Under the pieces are notes generated by a model. That model was not told the DNA's origin, did no database searches, and saw nothing but the letters and a program-made list of their open reading frames with translations. 64,000 bases of DNA from Plasmodiophora brassicae (taxonomy: Eukaryota): the NCBI GenBank assembly GCA_036867785.1, contig CP145410.1, forward strand, positions 1,612,001-1,676,000, in the 5' to 3' direction. The position numbers were made by a program, and so were the translations under genes. This document shows, piece by piece, positions 11,837 to 23,933 of the stretch; within the stretch, counting starts at the first letter, position 1, and every line of letters starts with the position of its first letter.

Positions 11837-12056
11837 TCTCGTCTCGTCAGCGTCAGCCACGTTGCAGGGTCCCGGACTCCGTGACGGACTCCGCGGTCTC
11901 CGCGCAGACCAATGGGCCGTCCGGCGACGATCCCCCCAACAACAAAAAACAGCGCGCAAAGCAATTTCGTGCTGCAAAACGCGAGCCCAAACGACGGCCT
12001 GTTTTTGTTGCCGAACTTGGCTCATTTTCGTATTCGCCGTTCGGTGGAGGGCGTCG

Positions 12057-13287
12057 ATGGCGTCCGGCGACGACGACGACATCCTGCCGGTCGTACGCGT
12101 GGACGACCTGCAGGAGTACGCTCGCCGGCACCTGCCGCCCAACGCGTGGAACTATTACTCGAGCGGCGCCAACGACGAGAACCTGTTGCGCGAGACGCGC
12201 AAAGCGTATGCGCGGTGGCTGCTGCGCGCCCGCGTTCTTCGCGGCGCGCGTGTCCCGCCCGATACCACGTGCCATGTCGTCGGCGGCACCGTCCGGTCGC
12301 CGATCTGCGTCGCGCCCACTGCCATGCAGCGCATGGCGCACCCCGACGGCGAAATCGGTACCGGTTCCCGTTTGCTCCCACACGACGCGTTTGTTGATTT
12401 GTTCTCCAGCGAGCTGCCGGGCAGCGGCAAAGCTGGGCGCCTGCTACACGTTGAGTTCGTGGGCAACGACGTCGTTGGAGGATGTGGCAGCGGCGCAGGC
12501 GACAGTCGATCCCAGTGCCGTGCGATGGTTCCAACTGTACGTCTACAAAGATCGGTCGCGAACGGCGGGAATGATTCGTCGCGCGTGCGCCTCTGGATAC
12601 CGCGCTCTTGTCCTGACCGTCGATGCCCCGCTCCTCGGCCGCCGGGAGCGTGACGTCCGCCAACCGTTCCGCCTGCCGGCGCCGCTTCAGCTGGCGAATT
12701 TCAGTGAGATGCTGGGCGCAACGGCGCCGTCGAATCAGTCGGCGCTAGCGGCGCACGTGACCGACATGATTGACAGCACGCTCAACTGGGACGACCTGCA
12801 TTGGCTCGCGGCGCAGTCGACGATCCCGTTGATCATCAAGGGCGTTCTTCGTGCGGACGACGCGATAATGGCGGCAAGGCATCCCGCTGTGGCGGCGATC
12901 GTCGTGTCGAGCCACGGTGGACGGCAACTGGATTGTGGGCGCGCCACCATCGATGCACTGCCCGATGTCGTCAGTGCCGTTCGTGGCACCGGCAGCGACA
13001 TGGACGTTTACCTTGACGGTGGCGTTCGCCGGGGGACTGACGTCCTGAAAGCGCTGGCACTTGGCGCCAAGGCTGTCTTCGTGGGACGCCCCGTACTGTG
13101 GGGGCTCGCATACCAGGGGCAACAAGGCGTCGAGCTGGCTCTGCAGATGATGAACGATGAGCTGTCCCTGGCGATGACGCTGGTCGGCGTATCAACACTC
13201 GACGATATCACACCGGAACACGTCGAGCACAATGATGCTGTTCGTTCGTCCCTTGCAAAGCGGGCCTACCCGACGAGCCGGCTCTAA
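12057..13287 (+). CDS. HAO1: Peroxisomal FMN-dependent (S)-2-hydroxy-acid/glycolate oxidase; one intron 12358-12409
   Basis: YYSSGANDE, PICVAPTAMQRMAHPDGE, WFQLYV, LTVDAP, IIKG, SSHGGRQLD, DGGVRRGTDVLKALALGA; C-terminal PTS1 -SRL. Confidence 0.95.
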
Positions 13288-13638
13288 ACGCCTCGTGTTC
13301 CTAGTTACGTTGTCGCTCCGCGCGTGCATCTGTCTGTGATGTATTCCCGCCACGCGAGCACCGTTCCAAGAGTCTTCGCCCCCCGGCGACCGGTTCAAGA
13401 CCTCTGGTCGCCTCAGTGCGGTCTCTGACGCAACTGAGCACCGCCATCGAGGCAGCTTACACTGTCTCGCGCAGGCGACGTCACCAGAAGCAGAATACGA
13501 GTTTACGAATCCTTCCCACTGATTGTCGTAGTCGACGGGCAGATATGAGGCGGTGACTGGTACGTAGAAAGAAAAATTGGTTTGCTTCAACCAGTGAATT
13601 CTGCGTTCGGGCGTCAGGCAACGCCACCGGGTGTGCAC

Positions 13639-14838
13639 TCAGTCATCCGTCAAGTCGATGACAGCACCGTTCCAGGCGGGGGGTTCCTTCTTGGCCCTCT
13701 TTGCCCCAGTAGCCTGATCTCGAACTTCGGGCTGCTGATCCCTTTTGCAGGAGAAGTTGTAGGCCCCGATCGACGTATCATACACCGCCTCCTGCAGGTG
13801 GTCGTTCAGCAGGTCGCGTACTTGTTCACGAAGGCGTTCCACAGACAAGTGGCTGAAGCCGGCTGGAAGATGTGAGGCGCCAAATCGACGTCGCATGAAA
13901 GTAACAATAGCACTCTTGGGTAGCGCATCCAAGAGGACACCGTCGAAAGCGATCATAGCCTCGTTCTTGACGTGACCAGCTAATTCGTCAGCTTCCTCGT
14001 TTTGTTTGGGCAGGATTCCTTTCAGCTCCAGGCCATCTATCGTCACACAACCGAGTGTCAGATGTTACAATGTGTGTCGGTGGTTCTCCCGCTCATGCCT
14101 CACATCGCGTATTATAGCGAAACACGAACTCCAGGTAATGGCCATCCTCAGTGTCTCGCGTCCGGACAAACGAATGCGGCCGGCCGGCCTTCTTTATCCC
14201 GTCGAACCCCACCACGCAGCCATTGTGTTTCAGTTGCTTCTCCGTGCCCGCCTTGCTACTGACGAATTGCCCTCTGCGGACATCGTTTGAAAGGGAAGCA
14301 CATCGGACAAACTTGACGCGAATGTGTCCCCAGGCGCCAGACGGCCCCGACCCGTCGCCGTCGTCGTCTTCACGCTTCTGCATGACCGGCGCCGTGAACA
14401 TGAAAGGCTGCAATTCATCCACATTGACCAGGTTGCCGTTGCTCGATAGCGGTGCGTTGCTGATGAAAACCACCCCAGTTACCCGGACGCCGTCAACAGC
14501 GATCTGGGCGCGACGCGCTGTCTGCTCGCTCAAATGTGGGCGGTGGACCCTGCGTCAATTGTTATACAAACGCACAACGGAAGCGGACAGGTCGACGGAC
14601 GTCAAAGCGATCCAGAATTTACGCCCCACGACGCTCTCGATGTAGCACGAGGCGACCTTCAGGCGGCCGCCGCGCTCGGTCGTCGTCTCTGGACGCAGTT
14701 CAGGGGCAATACCGACGCCCTCAATGCCAACTTGGACTTCGACGTCATCGACGCCGACCTGCGCACGCTGCGCATAACGACACGACGGTTAGGCATGCTA
14801 GAACACATCGCGTCCTGGACGGCGCGCTTACAGACCAT
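13639..14838 (-). CDS. DUF7918-like protein copy 1 (spliced; C-terminal KRAKKE...VIDLTDD)
   Basis: Spliced reading: VGVDDVEVQVGIEG..CYIESVVGRKFWI..IAVDGV..GHIRVKFVR..EKQLKH..GF..LEFVFRYNTR|YGLELKGILP..VIDLTDD*. Pattern resembles fungal DUF7918 proteins from memory. Confidence 0.6.
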
Positions 14839-16126
14839 GCCAGGGAATGCAGCCGTCGCCGGCACCGCGGATAAGGCCAACCGCGCTGGGCCGGGTATTA
14901 CCGGGACGGCCGAAATAGCCAAACAGCCCGGAAGAAATCCAACGCCGAGCGAAGCGAGGCGCTCCTCCGACCAGTCGAGACTCAAAATGCACGTTCGAGG
15001 TACTCCTAGTGATGGTATGGACAAATCTATCTAGCAGCGGGCCACGAATGAATGTCTATTGACTATTGTGGACCCCACCTGCGGATGCTGGCTCGAGTGA
15101 CGAAGTCTGCGCGAGAAGTGGGGCATTGGTCCCTGTCCCTAATGCCGGGGAACTTGGGCTTGCCGCATACCATGTACGTTCCATGGATTTAGGTGGGTTC
15201 ACACCGACGTCTCTTGGTAACCGCATGCTGTGCCGTCGGGCGACGTATAGCCTGTGAGCTGGGAAGATGCCCACGGTAACCAGCACCAAGAAACGATTCC
15301 TGCAACGATGTGTTTGTTAATTTGCAGCGTCTGTGCCGATTCGTTGAAAGCACGATACCTGCGCGATAACGATTGCATCTGGCTGGATACTCGCGACGAC
15401 AGCTTCTGACGTATTCGTGTCAACGGCTCCTGAAGCGTCCTCTGCGACAGGGTCCTGATGATTTCGACTTTGCTGGGGCGACGTAATAATTAAGGGCATA
15501 GAGGATTACATAAATCAGATCTTGACTAGGGTGCTCTTGCGTGCTGACATGACCTGAATAGCGGGGACTACGCGGTCTTCATGTTCTGACTCCAACTGCC
15601 TGGCAAGTCTGACAACCTGGTGCGGTGGCGAAGAAGGAACCGTCTACATTGACCGTCAATAAATCGGTATGCCGGCTTTTACCTCGTCTGACCTGTCGAG
15701 CACCCGCAGGTAAGACGGTCGGTTCATGCATCGGACACCAGCAACAAGAGCGTCTCCACTTCCATGTCGTCAATAGTACGCTGAACAATGAAGTAAACAA
15801 GGGCGGTTGACGATAATGCATTTGTAACCAACAGATTCGACAGGAACGCGGTCCCTGACGCGCCATGGAATCAGCTCCGACGGCGATGTTTGGCAGAATT
15901 GGGACCAGCTCCCGTACCAGGACAGTCTGTCCTGCCGCAGGCGAATTCGAAACCGTTCCTGTTTGAATACGAGTTTGCGAAGCCATTCCGCTGATTGTCG
16001 TAGTCGACGGGCAGATATGACACGATGACTAGTAGGTAGGAAGGACACCAGACGCATAAGAAAATTGGTTTGCGTCGACCAGTGAATTCTGCGTTCGGGC
16101 GTCAGGCAACGCCACCGGGTGTGCAC

Positions 16127-17326
16127 TCAGTCATCCGTCAAGTCGATGACAACACCGTTCCAGGCGGGGGGTTCCTTCTTGGCCCTCTTTGCCCCAGTAG
16201 CCTGATCTCGAACTTCGGGCTGCTGATCCCTTTTGCAGGAGAAGTTGTAGGCCCCGATCGACGTATCATACACCGCCTCATGCAGGTCGTCGTTCAGCAG
16301 GTCGCGTACTTGTTCACGAAGGCGTTCCACAGACAAGTGGCTGAAGCCGGCTGGAAAATGATGTGAGGCGCCAAATCGACGTCGCATGAAAGTAACAATA
16401 GCACTCCTGGATAGCGCATCCAAGAGGACACCGTCGATAGCGATCATAGCCTCTTTCTGGACGTGACCAGCTAATTCGTCAGCTTTCTCGTTTTGTTTCG
16501 GCAGGATTCCTTTCAGCTCCAGGCCATCTATCGTACAACCTCGGTCAGACGTTACAATGCGTGCCGGTGGTTCTCCCGCTCGTTCGCCCACATCGCGTAT
16601 TATAGCGGAACACAAACTCCAGGTAATGGACATCCTCAGTGTCGCGCGTCCGGGCAAACGACTGCGGCCGGTCGGCCTTCTGTATGCCGTCGAACCCCAC
16701 CACGCAGCCATTGTGTTTCAGTTGCTTCTCCGTGCCCGCCTTGCTACTGACGAGTTGCCCGCTGCAGGCACCGTCGAACGAAAGGACAGCACATCGGAAA
16801 AACTTGACGCGAATGTGTCCCCAGGCGCCAGACGGCCCTGACCCGTCGTCGTCGTCATCACGCTTCTCGATGACCGGCGCCGTGAACATGAAAGGCTGCA
16901 GTTTGTCCGCGCTGATCACGTTGCCGTTGCTCGATCGCGGTGTGTTGCAGATGAAAAGCTCTCCAGTCACCTGGACGCCGTCAACAGTGATCTTGGCGTG
17001 ACGCGCCGCTTGCTCGCTCAAATGCGGGCCGTGGACCCTGCGTCAATCGTTATAAAACCGTACAGAGGAACCGGGCAGGTCGACGGACGTCACGGCGATC
17101 CAGAATTTACGCCCCACGACGCTCTCGATGTAGCACGAGGCGACCTTCAGGCGGCCGCCGCGCTCGGTCGTCGTCTCTGGACGCAGTTCAGGGGCAATAC
17201 CGACGCCCTCAATGCCAACTTGGACTTCGACGTCATCGACGCCGACCTGCGCACGCTGCGCATACCGACACGACAGTTAGGCATGCTAGAGCGCATCGCG
17301 TCCTGGACGGCGCGCTTACAGACCAT
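16127..17326 (-). CDS. DUF7918-like protein copy 2
   Basis: Near-identical exon/intron structure to copy 1; ends VVIDLTDD*. Confidence 0.6.
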
Positions 17327-17885
17327 GCCAGGGAATGCAGCCGCCGTCGCCGGCACCGCGCACAATAAGCCAGAAAACGCCGCCGCCGCCGCAGTTTGGC
17401 AACGTTGATCCAGTTTGCGAGTGATGCGCCGTTGATGTGATCTGTCGAACAGTCGGTTGACGGTGACGCCGTTCCATGTGGCGGCTTCCTTGTTGGCTGT
17501 TTCAGCTCCAGGCCTGATCAACATGCCCTGTACATGTCATAAATCTCGTCGCCGCGGTTGTGCACGCAACCTTTCCGCAAACCGAGTACAATCATGTGCC
17601 CGAAGCCTTTCCACGGAGAGAATGCTTGGGTTCGCCAGAAAACTCCGATCGCCGCCATTGAGGCAGCGTAGACTGTCTTGCGAATGCAGACGCCGTCTCC
17701 ACAAACCGAGTACGAGTTTGCGAAGCTCTCCCGCTGACTGTCGTAGTCGACGGGCAGATATGACGCGATGACGATAGTAGGTAGGGAGCACACCAGACGC
17801 CTACATTAAGTCGAAAAAGAAGACTGATTTGCGTCAATCAGTGAATTCTGCGTTCGGGCGTCAGTAAACGGCACCACGTGTATGC

Positions 17886-19081
17886 TCAGTCATCAGTCAA
17901 GTCGATGACAGCACCGTTCCAGGCCGGGGGTTCCTTCTTGGCCCTCTTTGCCCCAGCGGCCTGATCTCGACCTTCGGGCTGCTGGTCCCGTTTGCAGGGG
18001 AAGTTGTAGGCCTTGATCGACGTATCATATGCCCCCTCCTGCAGGTGGTCGTTCAGCAGGTCGCGTACACGTTCACGAAGTCGCCCCACAGTCAAGTAGT
18101 TGTAGTAGGCTGGAAGATGTGTGGCGCCAATTCGACGCCGCAGGAATGTGACAATAACACTCTTGGATAGTGCATCCAAGAGGACACCGTCGATAGCGAT
18201 CATAGCCTCTTTCTTGACGGGACCAGCTAATTCGTCAGCTTCCTCGTTTTGTTTGGGCAGGATCCCTTTCAGCTCCAGGCCATCTATCGTCATACAACCG
18301 AGTGTCAATGTTACAATGTGAGTCGGTGGTTCTCCCGCTCATGCCTCACATCGCGTATTATAGCGAAACACGAACTCCAGGTAATGACCATCCTCAGCGT
18401 CGCGCGTCCGGGCGAACGACTGCGGCCGGTCGGCCTTCTGTATGCCGTCGAACCCCACCACGCAGCCATTGTGTTTCAGTTGCTTCTCCGTGCCCGCCTT
18501 GCTACTGACGAGTTGCCCTCTGCCTTCATCGTCGAACGAAAGGACAGCACATCGGATAAATTTGATGCGAATGTGTCCCCAGGCGCCAGACGGCCCTGAC
18601 CCGTCGTCGTCATCGCGCTCCTCGATGACCGGCGCCGTGAACATGAAGGGCTGCAGTTTGTCCGCGCTGATCAGGTTGCCGTTTCTCGATTGCGGTGCGT
18701 TGCTCCTGGAAAGTACCCCAGTGACCTGGACGCCGTCGACAGTGATCTGGGCGCGACGCGCCACTTGCTCGCTCAAATGCGGGCCGTGGACCCTGCGTCA
18801 ATTGTTATACAAACGCACAATGGAACCGGGCAGGTCGACGGACGTCAAAGCGATCCAGAATTTACGCCCCACGAAGCTCTCGATGTAGCACGAGGCGACC
18901 TTCAGGCGACCGCCGCGCTCGGTCGTCGTCTCCGGACGCAGTTCAGGGGCAATACCGACACCCTCGATGCCAACTTGCACTTCGACGTCATCGACGCCGA
19001 CCTTGACACGCTGCGCATACCGGCACAACTGTTAGGCATGCTAGGACACATCTCGTCCTGAACGACGCGCTTACAGACCAT
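17886..19081 (-). CDS. DUF7918-like protein copy 3
   Basis: Same structure; ORFs 18798-19028, 18339-18776 and 17886-18308 contain the exons. Confidence 0.6.
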
Positions 19082-19395
19082 GCCAGGGAATGCAGCCGCC
19101 GTCGCCGGCACCGCGGACCACCGCACTTGGACCGCGATGACGTACAGAACCATTCGACACCCCGTTTAGGTAAGTCGATCCAGTACGCGAATGATGCGGC
19201 TTTGATGTAGTCGGTCGACAAGTTTGCATTTCGGCAAGTTCCGCTGTACCTCTAGCCAAGCTGCCGCGATGCACGGTCAGGCCAAAGGCTCGTGGACCGT
19301 CCGGAGGGCACGTACTTGCGTCGTCTGCTGTCGCGAAACACGCACCCCAAGACGTACCTGTCCCCTCAGCGTCGCTGTTAGATAGGCGCACACGT

Positions 19396-19620
19396 CTAGC
19401 GGACGTTCGTCTTCGTCACATCGCCAAACCCCACGGCACAGCCATCGTGTTTCAGTTCCTTAAACCAAAACCGACTGCCGGCGATACCCTCGATACAGGA
19501 TGAGCCGATCATCAACCGACTGCTGCATGCGGTCGTTGTGTGCGGGCACAGCTCGGGAGCGATGACCACGCCCGCCCTCGATGCCGACTTGCACTTCGAT
19601 GCCCACACGGCGATCTCCGA
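19396..19620 (-). pseudogene. Deleted, frameshifted fourth DUF7918-like copy
   Basis: VIAPELCPHTTTACSSRLMIGSSCIEGIAGSRFW joined directly to KELKHDGCAVGFGDVTK, versus GIAPELRPETTTERGGRLKVASCYIESFVGRKFW ... KQLKHNGCVVGFDGIKK in the intact copies. Confidence 0.75.
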
Positions 19621-19784
19621 GTACTGCTGATATGTTAGACCATTCGGAACCGTCGTGCAGGCGAAAGCTGCCAGCGCTGGCACGACGCCGATGCTCTACG
19701 GGCGGCGTCCCCGCGCTACGCCAGGTAACACGTCATCGTTGCTTCTGGGGACCGGGCACGTTGCCGCAGACCAGGATGGACTAC

Positions 19785-20594
19785 GGTGACGAAGCATTGT
19801 CTATTCGCGTTCTCAGAATGTTTTCGTGCGACCTGGGCCACGTCCGTCAGGCGACCGAATTGCGACACGACGCCTTCGATTCAGATCGACGTACCCGATC
19901 ACCTTGTCGACTTCGCCGCAGAACCGACGCGACGTGATCGGCTTGCCGGGTTCGGCGAACGGGTTCATGAGCGTGTCCACGTACAGGTTGTGCAGCCATC
20001 GAAATAGCTAAATCGTCGAGACGACACTGGATGTCATTGCACGGCATGGCGGAACGCATGGCGTTTGCACCCTACGCCTTTCATGTCGGAATCCCGAACA
20101 AATACGTCCTGGACGACGACGATGAACTTGATATCCGACACAGTCATGTACCCGTACCTGCCACGAGTGCAGACACAGGGTCAGGTATGCAACGATAGAT
20201 ACAAGCACGAGGGCGGGACAATTACACTTTGTACTCGTCGATCGGGCACAGATACCCAAGGTACTTGTCGAACGGAGCGGGTGACACGCCCCTGGAACTC
20301 TGGACTAACGCGTCGGGTCAGATCGCATCGAACGCATCCCCGAAACGCACACAGGCACCCTTTTCCTCAATGATGTCCACAGCGCAGTGCACGAAGTAGT
20401 GGAACTGGAGCGCGTCGCGCTCGCCGAAGACGCGCACGAACAGCGGGTTGTGCGTCGGCTGCCCAGATGCGCATCGCCCGTGTCAGTACAGCGACGCCCA
20501 GCGGCCGGCCAGGCGCGAACAGCAAGCAGCAACGCCGTCTCACCTGGTTGCCCAGTACGGCCAGGCAGGCAATGACCGTCTCCTCGCCAGCCAT
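19785..20594 (-). CDS. TRAPPC2L: TRAPP complex subunit 2-like (sedlin family), multi-exon; 3' end approximate
   Basis: Exons: IACLAVLGNQ|NNPLFVRVF..QFHYFVHCALDIIEEK|..YLGYLCPIDEYKV|YGYMTVSDIKFIVV..|LFRWLHNLYVDTLMNPF. Confidence 0.85.
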
Positions 20595-20778
20595 CGACTT
20601 CGCAACGACGCCGCCCGCCAAAAACCAACGACGATGGCCGCGGTCCCGCGAACCGACGCTGGATCAGCCCATGGACAGTAGTCGACGTTCTCCCGGGTGC
20701 CGGACACGCAGGTGACCGAGCGCATAACGGCAGGCGACATTCGTTTATATAGATAGTAGGACACTGTGGGCGGGGGTG

Positions 20779-22212
20779 CTACGGCCGAGCAACGTGGTAG
20801 AACTGGCGGACGGGTTCGTCCAGGCGCCCGTCCCAGGAATCGCCAACGGCGCGCTTGACGGCGCCCACGAACGCGTCGACGTCGGGCGCATCGTGCAGCA
20901 GGCCGGCGCACGTGTTGAAGAAGTGCTCCGATGGCGGCGACGCGGTCACCAGCGAGCGGACGAAGACGTTCTGCGCGAGCAGGTTTCAGTACGGGACGCG
21001 GCAGCAGACGCTGCCGTGCAACAAACCTCTAGGAGAATCTCGTCCACGGTCTGGCACCAGCGCGCCTGCCCCAGCTTCTCCCGTACGCCCGGGCTTAAAC
21101 GTTGGCGGACGCGACGCGTCAACGTGGACGCGATATCCGACACCGAGCGGCGCTTGTTGCCGAACGGCGCAGGTGCTATCGGGGCATGGACGTCAGGCGC
21201 GCGCGCACCGCGAAACAGACCTCGAGGCGAACGTACAGGAATGGTCGGTGTCTTCGTCGGGTGACGCGGTGTCATCGCCTGTGGACCCGGCGCTCGCTTC
21301 GACGCCGCCGCTGCTGCTCCGGTTAGCAGCAGCTGACGTCCCGGGCGGCGCAGGCCAGATGCGCGACGACGATTCCGAGTGGGACGATGCGCGCTGGACT
21401 TCGTCCAGCTCAGGTAGCCACCTGTCGACAGCCGTGTCGGTTGCCCCCAGCATCTTGTCCCATCTCTCTGTCACACAATCAATCCGTCAGGCGCTCCCGA
21501 ATGGTGCGGCGGCGGCATGGACAGCACCAATGATGTGCTCGAACGCATGGTTCAGCTTTGCGCGGCCGAGGCCGAATGCGCCCTTGAAGAATCGGCCAAC
21601 GCCGACGATGGAGGCGGCGGTCTTGGCAGTAGCATAGAACACGCGGGCGAGGCTGAGCAGGCGTGGATCCCACATGTCGCCCATGCGCTCGCGAAGGGTC
21701 TCCAGGAACTGTTCGCTGGTGACTTCCGACCCGCAGTCGAAGTAGCACTGCGTCGCCGTCGTGTAGAACGTGTCGGCGTGGGTGGGCGTCAGAATGTCCT
21801 GGACCTTGCGGAACCATTGCGACGACACGAACGTCTGCTTGAGGCGCATCCAGTGCTGCGTGCGGTCGAACGTGCCGGACGGGTTCGCGACGGTCATCGT
21901 GCGGATCGCCGAGATGACGGCATCGATGCGGTCGTCGAGGCTTGTCACGATCGGGTCGGCGTATCGAAAGACGGGCACGACCAGACGCCCAACGGAATCG
22001 AACGTGGACTTGACGACGGGAACCGTGGCCGCCAAATCGGTGGCGCGATCGTTGATCGCGATGACGGTCTTCCGAATGAACTGGTTGCCCGCGGCCGGCT
22101 CGACGTCCGACGTCGACGACGCCTCGTCGGACGAATCATCCGCGCAGTCGTCGGACGACGAGACCGCCGGGTCCCGGTCCGGGCGCGACGACGACGACGA
22201 CGACAACGACAT
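20779..22212 (-). CDS. Hypothetical protein with perilipin/PAT-like segments and an internally duplicated helical domain; spliced
   Basis: VPVVKSTFDSVGRLVVPVFRYADPIVTSLDD and TDTAVDRWLPE; two related blocks ending MWDPRL..ARVFYATAK and SWDGRL..VRQFYHVARP*. Confidence 0.55.
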
Positions 22213-22489
22213 GGGGCGGATGACCTCGCGCCGCGGCAATCGACTGTGGCGCGGCGTTGCGGCGGCGGCGTCGCACTCCGACGAGCGACGTCGATCGCGA
22301 TCAGATTCGGGCCCGGTGTGACGTCGCCACGCCAGTCCCCCGCGGACTGCGCACTCGGCATGATGATGACGATGATACAAAAATGCGTCGGGAAGGATTT
22401 TTCCGAACGAAGCGCGTCCGTCAGCAGCGTCTGTCGTTCGTCGCGTCGCTGTCGGGGAGGCAGCAAAACATGACGTTGCCATTCGGATA

Positions 22490-23933
22490 ATGAAGGGGCC
22501 GTCGCGACAGCCTCGGCATGGGGTGGCGGCGGCGGGCGCCAAGGCGGCCGTGTTCACGGTGAACGGGCCGTCGCGCGCGCTGTGAGACGTGTGTGTGTCA
22601 GTCGGTGGTGTGGGGGGCGGGCTGACGGGTGCTCCCCCCGTCAGGTGCGCTGTCCACCCGGCGCATCCGACGTTGCATGTGTTCGCGTGCGCCGGTGTCC
22701 GCGAAGGGCAGCCGATTCATTTCCTGGCCTATGACGATGACCTCGTATCGATAACGTCGTCGGCGCCGTCGCTGTCCGGAGCGGCGCGGCACATCTGGTC
22801 CCTGTCAAGTTCGGCACACGCGCCAAGGTCCTCGCATGTCGTCTGCCGAATGCGCTACTGCGTTCATATTCTGGATCGACAGAGCATTGCTGGTGACGAG
22901 AAGCGGGAAAGGCCAGCCTGCGTCGGACGCCCAGGTTGCGATTGCATCATTCGGCATCGACTACACCGACACGGCGGTGACGGTGTCCTCAGTTGATGAG
23001 ACAGTGGTCTTGCCATCGCACTCGTCCCCTATATCACACGCGAGTTACGCTTCGTCGGGTGCGTTCCTTACCACCGCATGGCCTGATCAATGCCGACCCT
23101 TGACTTTGTTTTCCCCGCTGACACAGATACGGTCATAACGATGGACAATGAATGCGCCCGGACGTGGCATGTGGATCGTGCAATGTCAGCGCCAACCCTA
23201 GATCAGGGCGCTGTATTCGGTGTGTTGAAAGGCGCTCAGGGCGGGCTTCGTGCTGGAGCCGTCGACCCGGTGGTCGCAAATCAGTTCCTGGCTGCGTCGA
23301 TGTTCGACGTTCATGTATGGGATGTACGTCAGCCTTCTTCCAAGGAGGACGCCGTACGGATCCAGCGCGCCCATCCGTATCCGATTCGCGATCTGGATGT
23401 CAATCCGAACAGGCCACATCACATTGTCACAGCAGGTGCACAAGAACGATACTGTGTTCGTGTTTACAACGTTATGTAACACTGCCAACCTCGCAGGAGA
23501 AGACTCGTCGATCAGGTTCTGGGACCTCAGGCGGCCCGATTCGCCGCTCCTGGCTCTGCAGGGTCATTCGCACTGGGTCTGGACCGTGAACTACAACCAG
23601 CTGCACGACCAGCTCGTACTGTCGACGTCGTCGGACTGCTCTGTGCGTTTGTGGAACGCACAGTCCGTGTCGTCGTCGCCGTCGTCCGACAATGGCATGG
23701 AGGGTGGCGAAACCCCGAACAGGTTGCTCGAGACGCTGGCGCATCACGAAGACAGCGTTTACGCAGCAAGTTGGTCGTCAACGGATGCTTGGGTGTTCGC
23801 ATCGTTATCGTATGATGGCCACGCTGTAATCAACCAGTACGTCCCCCGCGGTGCTCGTTCTGAACGTTACGCCATCCCTAACGTCGTGGCGTGCAGGGTG
23901 CCACAGTCCGAAAAGTACAGAATCCTTCTATAA
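22490..23933 (+). CDS. EIPR1: WD40 protein EIPR1/TSSC1 (EARP/GARP interactor), multi-exon
   Basis: IRDLDVNPNRPHHIVTAG|ED..IRFWDLR..GHSHWVW.V.YNQLHDQLVLS.SSD; C-terminus HEDSVYAASWSSTDAWVFASLSYDG...VPQSEKYRILL. Confidence 0.88.

Larger units (their letters stand above)
13495..19115. repeat. Three direct ~1.4-kb repeat units (~13495-14870, ~15965-17360, ~17710-19115) separated by unique spacers
   Basis: Shared blocks such as gtgaattctgcgttcgggcgtcag (~13594, ~16082, ~17841) and cttacagaccatgccagggaatgcagccg (~14827, ~17315, ~19070). Confidence 0.95.

Noticed and set aside
11743-12056. N-terminal extension of the oxidase ORF as given in the ORF track
   Set aside because: The true N-terminus is in another frame (ATG 12057) and joins via the 12358-12409 intron.
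14534-15034. Plus-strand ORFs repeated in each array unit (MxAVDPASIVI...; also 16998-17408 and 18690-19061)
   Set aside because: Antisense shadows of the spliced minus-strand gene; they run across its introns and end at different positions in each copy.
15050-15960. Possible KDZ/Zisupton transposase relic in the spacer between copies 1 and 2 (RIRQKLSSRVSSQMQSLSRRYRAFN; TVNVDGSFF)
   Set aside because: Only a vague resemblance; no catalytic motifs or termini found. A profile search would be needed.
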